Source: Candidatus Omnitrophota bacterium (GTDB lineage Bacteria > Omnitrophota > Gorgyraeia > JAFGGP01). From it: a stretch of DNA of 64,000 nt. The stretch is taken from contig JAFGGP010000030.1 of assembly GCA_016930485.1 (NCBI GenBank), forward strand, positions 66,745 through 130,744. The letters are read 5' to 3'. A program made the position numbers and the translations under genes. Shown here in pieces: positions 54,406 to 62,747 of the stretch; within the stretch, counting starts at the first letter, position 1, and each line of letters starts with the position of its first letter. The notes below the pieces were generated by a model. The model was not told where the DNA came from. It saw only the letters and a program-made list of their open reading frames with translations, and made no database searches.

Positions 54406-54594
54406 CATTTGAACCTTCAGCTGTCAGCTATCAGCTGTCAGCTTTTTAAAAGACGGTTAGTTTTTATACATGTGTAACTTTAATATATATAATATGTTAT
54501 ATTATATCGATTACTGCGTATGCTGACATGTTCCCTGCCCCATCAACAACTTTGAATCCGAAAGACTGAATGCTGATAACTGAAGGCCGAAAGC
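54406..54594. repeat. NTCAGCN-family inverted arms flanking a ~120-bp AT-rich core upstream of the marR operon
   Basis: Left arm ccttcagctgtcagctatcagctgtcagc (54414-54442). Right arm gactgaatgctgataactgaaggccgaaagc (54564-54594). Each arm is preceded by a tttgaa word. Confidence 0.8.
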
Positions 54595-54595
54595 T

Positions 54596-55231
54596 TTAAA
54601 AAAGTGGCTTTATTTCATCCGGTTCCGGCAGGTGAAATACGTCGTTAATGGTAAGGATCGTACGTTGGTGGTCGGTAATTTCCAGTGTTGTAATGCCACA
54701 ATTATCAAGCCTCATCGTAAAGAGCATACGATCAAAATCTGCCCCCAAGAGAAGGGACAGGTAGGCGGTAATCACCCCGCCGTGGGCCACTATACACAGT
54801 GCGGTATCATTTTTGTGGGCCTCGATAATCTCGGTCAATACGGAACGGACCCGCGCGAAGAACTCGGGGCGGGTCTCCGCCTCTTCAATACAAAGTGACG
54901 CGGGATCCTCAAGCCAGCGCGTGTAGGCGCCTGAAAATATCTTGTCAATCTCTGCCTTCGTCTTCCCTTCCCACGCCCCCAGCCTGATCTCACGCAGGCG
55001 CTCGTCCAGTATCAGCTCTGCGCCGCAGACAGCGGCGATCTCCTGCGCCGTCTCGCTGGCCCTTTTTAGATCACTGGAGTAGATCCGGCTAAGAGATCTT
55101 CCGGTAAACCGCTCGGCGACCAACCGTGCCTGCCGGCGGCCGGCATCAGAAAGGGGTATATCCGTATGACCCTGCACCTTATCTTCCTGATTCCAGGCGC
55201 TCTCGCCGTGTCTCACTAAATACAATCTCAT
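54596..55231 (-). CDS. Histidine phosphatase superfamily protein (phosphoglycerate mutase / CobC-like)
   Basis: N-terminal LVRHGESAWN catalytic motif and a downstream VAHGG. Confidence 0.8.
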   Translation of the reverse strand: MRLYLVRHGESAWNQEDKVQGHTDIPLSDAGRRQARLVAERFTGRSLSRIYSSDLKRASETAQEIAAVCGAELILDERLREIRLGAWEGKTKAEIDKIFSGAYTRWLEDPASLCIEEAETRPEFFARVRSVLTEIIEAHKNDTALCIVAHGGVITAYLSLLLGADFDRMLFTMRLDNCGITTLEITDHQRTILTINDVFHLPEPDEIKPLF

Positions 55232-55244
55232 TTATATTCCTTTT

Positions 55245-55433
55245 CTTAGCGTGTAGCCGATTAGCGGCTAGCGTATGGTGAATAAATCCTAAACTCTACC
55301 TCATTCTCGTAATTAGTAACTCGCTTCGCTTTCTCAAACGGCTTTTAAAGTGTTAGTTACTAGTTACTGATTACTAGTTACGTTTTTCTTTGTGGGTTTG
55401 TCTAATCGCTAAACGCTATCCGCTAGACGCTAA
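55245..55433. repeat. Nested element: TAGCGNN arms outside, TAGTTAC-type arms inside
   Basis: Outer arms ttagcgtgtagccgattagcggctagcgtatgg (55245-55277) and ctaatcgctaaacgctatccgctagacgctaac (55401-55433). Inner arms cgtaattagtaact and gttagttactagttactgattactagttacg. Confidence 0.85.
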
Positions 55434-55435
55434 CA

Positions 55436-56701
55436 TTATCCCCAGATAAACCAGACAAAGAGAGAGGCCAGCGTAACGGCCACAAGGGTAAAGGGAAGAC
55501 CGATCTTTACAAAATCACAAAAGCGCACCTCGTAGCCTTTCTGTCTTAACTGGCCGTAGGCAACGATGTTTGCCGACGCCCCCACCGGCGTGATATTCCC
55601 ACCCAGGCAGGCGCCGATAAGAAGAGCAAACATAAAAAGCATCTCCGAACTCCCCAGGTCCGTCGCAAGATTCCTTGCAACCGGCAGCATGGCCGCCAGA
55701 TACGGGACATTATCGACAAATGCGGATATTAACACAGAAAATATAACCAGCATACTAAATGTTAAAAATATATTGCCACCCAACATACGCTCCAGCACAT
55801 TGCTCAGCTCATCCATCCAGCCGGCCTCAACGAGTGACCCGACAAGGATAAAAACGCCCATCAAAAAAAGCGTGCTCTGCCAGTCAAATCCCCGTACCGT
55901 CCCGGAAAGAGAGGTCTGTCTCCCAAAAAAACTCCACGCAATGCTTACCGCGGCACAAAAGAGACACACCGTGCCTGCCAGAAATCTGAAATCGGGATCT
56001 ATAACCGATGCCCCGATTAAACCGGCAATCAGCGCACACAGAAAAAATGTCGGCATCCAACTCGTCACTTTTGTCTGAAAGCCCACCTCCACTGCCCGGC
56101 TGTACCTCCTGAAGACGAAATAGAGCACGATGAGCGACCCGGCCGCCGCCAGCTGGATGGCAAAAAAGATAGACGGCCTCCCGGCCAGAAAGAAAAAGTC
56201 ATTAAAATTAAGGCGGGCGTACGCCGCCAGGAGCATGCTGGGTGGATCGCCGATCAGGGTCGCCGTCCCCTGCAGATTCGAAGAGACCGCAATCGCGATC
56301 AAGAGGGTAACCGGTCTGATGTCGAGTTTCTCGGCAAGGGCAAAGGCGACCGGCGCAACAATCAGGACAACAGCCACGTTCTCCAGGGCAATCGAAAGCA
56401 CCCCTGATATAAAACAGAGGGCCAGAATTGAAAAGGTCGCATTCCGTATCTTTGCCACCAGCATACCCGCCAGAAACCCCGGGGCACCAGACCGCATAAA
56501 GAGATCGGCGACAATCAGGGTGCCGACAAAAACCCCGATAATATTCCAGTTAATGTAGCCGGTCATCCGGCCGACCGTGGTGAGCCGGAAAAGGGCAAGA
56601 AGGATACACCCGGCGCACGCGACAAGATGTTTAAACCGGTGAAGGACGACAAAAAGAAAATAGGAAACGAGGAAAATAATCAGTACGAGCAGCTGTTCCA
56701 T
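55436..56701 (-). CDS. ArsB/NhaD-superfamily (CitMHS-like) permease
   Basis: ORF 55436..56752 starts at a TTG inside a repeat hairpin. I prefer the ATG at 56699-56701 (MEQLLVLIIF), which has GGGAG upstream. Polytopic with about 11 TM helices. My hand count of the C-run at 55439-55443 disagrees by 1 nt with the track stop, so I use the track coordinate. Confidence 0.7.
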   Translation of the reverse strand: MEQLLVLIIFLVSYFLFVVLHRFKHLVACAGCILLALFRLTTVGRMTGYINWNIIGVFVGTLIVADLFMRSGAPGFLAGMLVAKIRNATFSILALCFISGVLSIALENVAVVLIVAPVAFALAEKLDIRPVTLLIAIAVSSNLQGTATLIGDPPSMLLAAYARLNFNDFFFLAGRPSIFFAIQLAAAGSLIVLYFVFRRYSRAVEVGFQTKVTSWMPTFFLCALIAGLIGASVIDPDFRFLAGTVCLFCAAVSIAWSFFGRQTSLSGTVRGFDWQSTLFLMGVFILVGSLVEAGWMDELSNVLERMLGGNIFLTFSMLVIFSVLISAFVDNVPYLAAMLPVARNLATDLGSSEMLFMFALLIGACLGGNITPVGASANIVAYGQLRQKGYEVRFCDFVKIGLPFTLVAVTLASLFVWFIWG

Positions 56702-56748
56702 AACTCCCGCCAGGCCCGACCTTCGGCCATCCTCCGTAACGTCAAATT

Positions 56749-56902
56749 CCAAATGTCAAATGAATCACTTAATCTCAAATAACAAATAAAAAAATTTTTT
56801 AGGTAATTTGGGATTGAAGATTCATTTTGATTTTGCCTGCCAACTCTTTAGCAGGGACATTGGTCATTTGTCATTAAGTTACCTGTGTCATGTGTCATTG
56901 GT
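56749..56902. repeat. AT-rich AAATCAA-type hairpin (~40-bp arms) plus a GTCAT/GTCAC word array overlapping the cca 3' end
   Basis: Arms at 56749-56794 and 56795-56834 are about 80% complementary (tcaaatgaatc pairs with gattcattttga). Then cctgc...gcagg, then gtcattt gtcatta agttacct gtgtcat gtgtcat tgg. The last codons of cca (LTNDT) lie in this array. Confidence 0.75.
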
Positions 56903-58237
56903 AAGTGGGGGAAAATGTTCTTTTACCCACCGAAGGGCCTCTTCCTTTGTCTGAACGATTCCCTCCAGATACGCCTCCTCGGCCTGTCTGAGCACCTCCC
57001 CCATATACGGCCCCTGTGTATAGCCGGCACCGAGCAGGTCTCGCCCCGAGAGAACTGGAGGGGCGGCCGGAGGACGTGCCTGCAGCTCTTTGTATTTTTC
57101 TGTTAGAAATTCAAAGACCGAGAGATCTCCGTGAGACGCCAGGCAATCGATCCTGTGCATAACCAGTTCGTCCGGAAACGTGGGGCGAAGCATAAAATGC
57201 TCGAGCCTCGTCGGCTTCATCTGTTTCACATGCATGAACCGCATGTGATTAGCGATCATGATGCTTACGGTCTCTATGTCTCTGTTTGAGAACCGCAGTC
57301 TGCGCAGGATGTGTTCGGCCATCTCCGCGCCCCGTTTATCGTGCTCGTTAAAGCGGATCCTGTCCGATTGCTGAAACGTGGCCGGTTTGGCAATATCATG
57401 AAGAAGCGTCGCAAAGGCAAGAACCGGATTCGGGTTCTCCAGAAGATCCATCATGCGCCTGGTATGTTCAAAGACATCGCCCTCGGGATGAAACTCCCGC
57501 GGCTGTTCAACACCCTTCAGGGCGCATACCTCGGGTAACAGTTCCTTAAGAAGGCCCGTCTCCAGAAGAAGTTCAAGGGCCCGGCCGGCCCCGTGCGAGG
57601 TACATATCTTGATGAGCTCATCCCTGATCCGTTCTATACTCACCTGGTGAATCGCCGCACAGGTATCCTGTATTGCCTGATACGTCTCCGGTTCGATCTG
57701 AAAATCCAACTTACAGGAAAAGCGCACGGCCCGTAACATCCGCAATTTATCCTCCTCGAAGCGCTTATAGGGGCTGCCGACCGACCGGATGAGTTTTTGT
57801 TCTATGTCCTTTTGCCCGTCGACATAATCGATGACCTCTCTCTGCCTGAGATCATAAAACAGGGCGTTGACGGTAAAGTCTCTGCGCAGGGCGTCTTCTC
57901 TGGCATCGGTAAAACGCACGTTCGTCGGATGCCTGCCGTCAAGATACGGGCCTTCCCTGCGGAATGTTGCTACCTCAAACTCAAACGGCCCTTCGAGTAT
58001 GAGGATGACACCGAACTGCTGGCCGATGGCGAGCGTCTTTGCGAATAACCTCCTCGTCTCATCGGGGCGGGCACTGGTGGCAATATCATAGTCGTCCGGC
58101 TTTCTCTTCATAATCATATCGCGCACGCACCCGCCGGCAAAGTACGCAATGAAACCACGGCTGTTCAGGCGTTTAATAATCGCCTCGGCAACCATCCGTT
58201 TTCTCTCTTTTTTGAAAAATCTGCCGAAGATCTTCAT
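56888..58237 (-). CDS. cca: CCA-adding tRNA nucleotidyltransferase with HD domain
   Basis: YFAGGCVRD...DYDIAT head domain and an HD domain (LLHDIAKP). The start shares 1 nt with the upstream stop (TGATG). Confidence 0.8.
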   Translation of the reverse strand: MKIFGRFFKKERKRMVAEAIIKRLNSRGFIAYFAGGCVRDMIMKRKPDDYDIATSARPDETRRLFAKTLAIGQQFGVILILEGPFEFEVATFRREGPYLDGRHPTNVRFTDAREDALRRDFTVNALFYDLRQREVIDYVDGQKDIEQKLIRSVGSPYKRFEEDKLRMLRAVRFSCKLDFQIEPETYQAIQDTCAAIHQVSIERIRDELIKICTSHGAGRALELLLETGLLKELLPEVCALKGVEQPREFHPEGDVFEHTRRMMDLLENPNPVLAFATLLHDIAKPATFQQSDRIRFNEHDKRGAEMAEHILRRLRFSNRDIETVSIMIANHMRFMHVKQMKPTRLEHFMLRPTFPDELVMHRIDCLASHGDLSVFEFLTEKYKELQARPPAAPPVLSGRDLLGAGYTQGPYMGEVLRQAEEAYLEGIVQTKEEALRWVKEHFPPLTNDT

Positions 58238-59475
58238 CAGGAAGAATCCCGTACCTGTTTTTCCAGAATAACCAGCGTTTCAAAATGCGGGGTATGCGGA
58301 AACATATCATACACACCTATGTGCCTTATTTCATAATCGCGGCTCCGCGCAAAAATCTGTTGTAGATCAAAGCTTAGGCTCTTTATATTGCATGAAAGAT
58401 AGAATATATAGCGGGCCCCGCTTTCGACGAGCGGTCCGTATACCTTCTTGTGCAGCCCCGGACGCGGCGGGTCAAGCACGATCAGACCCGGGGAAAAGCG
58501 CCGCAAGAACATCATGTCTTCCTTCAGTCTGTTTTCTATATTGGTGGCGACAAACCGGGCTTCTGTTATGCCATTGGCCTCCTTGTTTGCCTGCGCACTG
58601 GCGATATTGCCTTCATCCTGTTCAACCCCGATCACGTCGCTGACGCCCGGTGCATGGAACGCCAGATATAAACCGATGGCACCGGTACCGCAGTAGAGAT
58701 CCACTATCCGCAGGGACTCCGTACGGGGCAGGAGCGATGCCATATCCCTGTAAATGCGCCTTGTCTGCGATAGATTGGGCTGAAAAAAATTCAGCGGGTA
58801 GACACGGAGCTTCACGCCGTCAATCTCTTCTATGAGGAACTCCTCCCCGCCGATATGAATCAGCTCATCGGGGATGGCCACGTCGCTGATCTTGCTGTTA
58901 ATGCCCCAGTAGAGGCTCCGCACGCAGGGTATATCACGTAACAGCCCCTCAAAAAGAGGGTCTACCACACCCCGTTCACCTGGTGTAGTAATAAGCAGTG
59001 CCATAACCCCTGCCTGTGTTTCGCTCCAGCGCAGGGTAAGATGGCGCCAGAAGCCGCTCTTTTTCTTCGAGCTGTAGGCATCGATACCGGACCGCGCGGC
59101 AAAGTCCCGCACCGCGCTCATGACCTCTCCGAAAGGCTCCGGCGAGATCAGGCAGTCCTCCACATCTATGACGTTCCAGTAAGAACCGCTTTTATGCATC
59201 CCCAGCGCAAGCTCTCCCGTGGCCGGGGAGAATGAAAACTCCATCTTATTCCGGTAGCGCCACTCGGCCTTGCTGGGACAGAAGATCGCCTCTTCAAGGA
59301 GCTCTGCCGGCACCACGTCGGAAAGCTGCTCTGTAAAACGCCGGTGCTTGCGCGCCACCTGCTCGGCATACGCAATATCCTGAAACCGGCAGCCCCCGCA
59401 CGACCCGAAATAGGGGCATCGCGGCTCAACCCTTTCTGCTTCAGGGGCGTTGTGATGTGGGGTTACTTCAGGCAT
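58237..59475 (-). CDS. RNA (uracil-5-)-methyltransferase, RlmD/TrmA family, with 4Fe-4S cysteines
   Basis: CPYFGSCGGCRFQ cluster, SAM motif VDLYCGTGAIG, C-terminal catalytic region YLSCN. Confidence 0.8.
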   Translation of the reverse strand: MPEVTPHHNAPEAERVEPRCPYFGSCGGCRFQDIAYAEQVARKHRRFTEQLSDVVPAELLEEAIFCPSKAEWRYRNKMEFSFSPATGELALGMHKSGSYWNVIDVEDCLISPEPFGEVMSAVRDFAARSGIDAYSSKKKSGFWRHLTLRWSETQAGVMALLITTPGERGVVDPLFEGLLRDIPCVRSLYWGINSKISDVAIPDELIHIGGEEFLIEEIDGVKLRVYPLNFFQPNLSQTRRIYRDMASLLPRTESLRIVDLYCGTGAIGLYLAFHAPGVSDVIGVEQDEGNIASAQANKEANGITEARFVATNIENRLKEDMMFLRRFSPGLIVLDPPRPGLHKKVYGPLVESGARYIFYLSCNIKSLSFDLQQIFARSRDYEIRHIGVYDMFPHTPHFETLVILEKQVRDSS

Positions 59476-59508
59476 AACTTTTTAACCGGTCCTCCGGCCC
59501 TTTGTTAA

Positions 59509-59588
59509 GGTCATCAGGTCACCACGATACCATGTCACCAGAAAAAACTAAAAATAAAAAGCGGCTCACTGGCGACTTCGCGACTTGT
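59509..59588. repeat. Word-array hairpin, GTCAC/GTGAG-GCGAC family
   Basis: ggtcatc aggtcacc acgatacc atgtcacc, A-rich loop, then ctcactg gcgactt cgcgactt gt. Confidence 0.65.
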
Positions 59589-59768
59589 ATATTGTCATGT
59601 AATTGTATCAGAAGTTAACGACCGACTCAACACCTATTGAGAAGCCGGGAGACGCTGCCTGCCGGGGCATAACTCCATAATTTGAAAGCGGATCCGCGAA
59701 GACGGGTCCCGCGCCCCGCCAGACGGCCGATTGACATAACCCGGAAAATCTGTATAATTTATCATACT

Positions 59769-61340
59769 ATGGCAAAGGTCAGGTCCCGATGGGCCTCGAA
59801 GTTCGGGGTCATTATGGCAGTGGCCGGAAGCGCGGTGGGGCTAGGCAATTTCCTGCGGTTCCCGGTTCAGGCGGCCGCAAACGGCGGCGGCGCCTTCATG
59901 ATCCCTTACTTCCTCTCGCTCTTCCTCCTGGGGCTTCCCTTGATGTGGATCGAATGGACTGCCGGCAGGTACGGCGGCGGTTTCGGACACGGTACTGCCC
60001 CGGGCATATTCCACACCCTGTGGCAGAAGAACCGGTTCATAAAGTACTTCGGCGTCATCGGCATCTTTGGCCCCCTGGTAATCTTTATCTACTATACCTA
60101 CATCGAAAGCTGGCTCCTCGCCTACTCATATTACACCCTGAGCGGGAAATATTTCGGACTGACCTCTCAGGAAGGAATGCAGACATTTCTACGGGGATAT
60201 CAGGGACTTGAACACAATCAGTTCTTCAGCGGCATCGGACCCGCGTATCTCTTCTTTGTGATTACCTTTATATTGAATATCACGGTTATCTATTACGGTA
60301 TCTCGAGCGGCATCGAGCGCCTTTCCAAGATCGCTATGCCGGTCCTGCTGTGTCTCGCGGTGGTCATCGCAGTCCGCGTCCTGACACTGGGAGCACCCAA
60401 CCCGGCACACAGGTCATGGAGCGCACTGAACGGCCTGGGGTTCCTGTGGAATCCCAACTTCACCGCACTCAGGGATGCCCGCGTGTGGCTTGCCGCCGCC
60501 GGACAGATATTTTTCACCCTCAGCGTCGGTATCGGCGTTATCCTGACCTACGCCAGTTATCTCTCGCACGGTGATGACGTGGCCCTCTCGGGCCTGAGCG
60601 CGGTCAGTACCAACGAATTCGCGGAGGTCATCCTGGGCGGCAGCATTATTATCCCGGCGGCATATATCTTTTTCGGGCCTGAGGGTGTCCGGGAGGTAGC
60701 AACGAGCGGCGCGTTTAATCTTGGCTTTGTCACCATGCCGATCATATTCCAGAAAATGGCCCTCGGCGGCGTCTTCGCCTTTTTATGGTTTCTGCTTCTT
60801 TTCCTTGCCGGCATCACCTCATCGGTCTCACTGGCACAGCCCGCCATCGCCTTTATGGAAGATGAGTTCGACATCTCGCGCGCAAAGGCGGTCAGGATAG
60901 CCGCCCTCTTCTGTTTTATCTGCTGTCAACCCGCTATCTTTTTTCTGGGAAACGGCGTTGTCGACGAACTGGATTTCTGGGGAGGGACATTCTGCCTTGT
61001 CCTCTTTGCCACCATCGAGACGATTCTCTTCGGCTGGGTCCTCGGTATCGAGAAGGCGTGGGAAGAGATCCACCGCGGGGCCGACATCAGAATACCCCGT
61101 GTCTATAAATTCATCATCAAATACATCACCCCCCTCTTTTTATTCTTTGTCCTGGGTTTCTGGTTCATCCAGCAGGGGGTGCCTACTATCCTCATGAAAA
61201 ACGTCCCCCCTGAAACTAGGGCCTTTGTCCTCGGGACTCGCATCATGCTTGCCGTTATCTTCCTCACCCTGGCCTTTCTGGTGAACAGGGCGTGGCGGCG
61301 CAAAACCCGTCTTGAACGGCTAAGGAGCGAGGCACCATGA
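59769..61340 (+). CDS. Sodium-dependent NSS (SNF) family transporter
   Basis: ORF 59682..61340. Start set at MAKVRSRWASKFG. Hallmark AGSAVGLGNFLRFP and 11-12 TM helices. Confidence 0.85.
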   Translation: MAKVRSRWASKFGVIMAVAGSAVGLGNFLRFPVQAAANGGGAFMIPYFLSLFLLGLPLMWIEWTAGRYGGGFGHGTAPGIFHTLWQKNRFIKYFGVIGIFGPLVIFIYYTYIESWLLAYSYYTLSGKYFGLTSQEGMQTFLRGYQGLEHNQFFSGIGPAYLFFVITFILNITVIYYGISSGIERLSKIAMPVLLCLAVVIAVRVLTLGAPNPAHRSWSALNGLGFLWNPNFTALRDARVWLAAAGQIFFTLSVGIGVILTYASYLSHGDDVALSGLSAVSTNEFAEVILGGSIIIPAAYIFFGPEGVREVATSGAFNLGFVTMPIIFQKMALGGVFAFLWFLLLFLAGITSSVSLAQPAIAFMEDEFDISRAKAVRIAALFCFICCQPAIFFLGNGVVDELDFWGGTFCLVLFATIETILFGWVLGIEKAWEEIHRGADIRIPRVYKFIIKYITPLFLFFVLGFWFIQQGVPTILMKNVPPETRAFVLGTRIMLAVIFLTLAFLVNRAWRRKTRLERLRSEAP

Positions 61341-61429
61341 ACCTCTACGGCTGGATCATGCTCACCGTCTCATGGGCTACCATACTGCTGCTTCTGGTAT
61401 TCTGTTTCCGGCGCATCCTCAAGCCTTAA
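61337..61429 (+). CDS. Possible 30-aa single-TM peptide coupled to the NSS transporter
   Basis: My hand translation gives MNLYGWIMLTVSWATILLLLVFCFRRILKP. Its ATG overlaps the transporter TGA (ATGA). Not in the ORF track because it is below 60 aa. Confidence 0.4.
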   Translation: MNLYGWIMLTVSWATILLLLVFCFRRILKP

Positions 61430-61436
61430 AAACAGG

Positions 61437-61640
61437 ATGAGTGGACCGATGAAGATTCAACTGCACAACAGGGTAAAAGAGCTGGAGATCGACTCTATCA
61501 AGGCGCGCGTGCTTCTCAAAGAACTGGGCATCTCTCCCGGGGCGGCGCTCGTTATCAAAAATGATGTCCTCGTCTGTGAAGACGAAATTCTCACGGCCGA
61601 AGACTCCATCAGAATCATCAAAACTATCTCGGGTGGCTGA
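61437..61640 (+). CDS. ThiS/MoaD-family ubiquitin-like sulfur carrier (TtuB-like), C-terminal GG
   Basis: 67 aa ending in ISGG. Lies 2 nt upstream of a PP-loop thiolase gene. Confidence 0.7.
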   Translation: MSGPMKIQLHNRVKELEIDSIKARVLLKELGISPGAALVIKNDVLVCEDEILTAEDSIRIIKTISGG

Positions 61641-61642
61641 GT

Positions 61643-62599
61643 ATGAGATGCCGTAACTGCCGTGAAAAAGCCGTTATCCACATGCCGGCGCATAAACTGG
61701 CCCTCTGTGGGTCCTGTTATATAAGCTGGTTTGAGGGCTATACCGAGCGGACTATTCAGAAGTTCAATATGCTGAAACCGGGCGAGCAGATCCTCGTTGC
61801 TGTCTCGGGCGGGAAAGACAGCCTTGCCCTGTGGCAGGTACTCACGCGGCTAGGGGTTAACACGACCGCGCTCTATATACACCTCGGGATAGCGCAGAAA
61901 GAGTACTCTGATACCTCGCTTGCGAAGGCACGGGCCTTTGAAGAGCGCCTCAATTCCTCCCTCATCGTGATAGACGTCGCGAAAGAACTCGGCATGTCAG
62001 TCCCTGAAACAAAGCGGCTTATGAGCCGGAAAGTCTGTGCGACCTGCGGCCTTATCAAGCGCTATTATATGAATAAGACCGCTGCGGACGGTGAGTTCGA
62101 TGCCATCGCTACCGGACACAATCTCGATGACGAAACGGCATCGCTTTTGGGGAACACTATGGAGTGGCGGCTTTCGTATCTGAAAAGGCAGCACCCGGTC
62201 CTTGCCGAAAGACCACCGGGCCTCAAAAAGAAGGTCAAGCCGTTCTGTTACTTTACCGAAAAGGAGACCGCAACCTATGCCTTCCTCACCGGCATAGATT
62301 ATATTATGACCGAGTGCCCCTATGCGCTCCACGCCTCGTCTATCGAATATAAAAATGTCCTGAATGCGCTGGAGGAAAACGGGGCGGGGAGAAAACGGCG
62401 TTTTTACGACCACCTCCTGAAGGCGCAGGGACACCTCGCCTTCCCTGAGGAGGCCGAACTAAACAGGTGCCGGATATGTAACCAGCCCACCACCTTATCC
62501 GTCTGCTCCTTCTGCAATATCTCAAAGAAAATACGGGAGATCAAAGATAAAAAGCCCTCAGCCATCAGCCGTCAGCATTCAGCTGTGGCCGAGGTTTAA
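61643..62599 (+). CDS. ttuA: PP-loop ATPase, TtuA/NcsA-like tRNA 2-thiolation enzyme
   Basis: N-terminal CRNC...CGSC zinc finger, PP-loop SGGKDS, central CATCG, C-terminal CRIC...CSFC zinc finger. The last ~15 aa (PSAISRQHSAVAEV) are encoded by a repeat element. Confidence 0.7.
   Translation: MRCRNCREKAVIHMPAHKLALCGSCYISWFEGYTERTIQKFNMLKPGEQILVAVSGGKDSLALWQVLTRLGVNTTALYIHLGIAQKEYSDTSLAKARAFEERLNSSLIVIDVAKELGMSVPETKRLMSRKVCATCGLIKRYYMNKTAADGEFDAIATGHNLDDETASLLGNTMEWRLSYLKRQHPVLAERPPGLKKKVKPFCYFTEKETATYAFLTGIDYIMTECPYALHASSIEYKNVLNALEENGAGRKRRFYDHLLKAQGHLAFPEEAELNRCRICNQPTTLSVCSFCNISKKIREIKDKKPSAISRQHSAVAEV
62554..62590. repeat. NTCAGCN word array forming the 3' end of the ttuA-like ORF
   Basis: ccctcagcc atcagcc gtcagca ttcagct gtggcc. 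Translated in frame as PSAISRQHSAVA. Confidence 0.75.
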
Positions 62600-62747
62600 A
62601 AACCCCAGCCCCCGCATTAAACCAGAGTCCTCTGTAGAACATACTGAAACGCGGCGCACTTCTTTAAAGACTTCCGTAACCTATTTAGCAGTTATCCACA
62701 GGGTAGGTCACATTTAAGTGTGCCCTACGGTCGTGCGGTTGCTTGTA

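Noticed and set aside
55435-55443. Apparent 1-nt inconsistency between my hand translation and the track stop of the permease ORF at a run of C residues
   Set aside because: Most likely my own counting error. It has no consequence for the call, so I used the track coordinates and did not call a frameshift or pseudogene.
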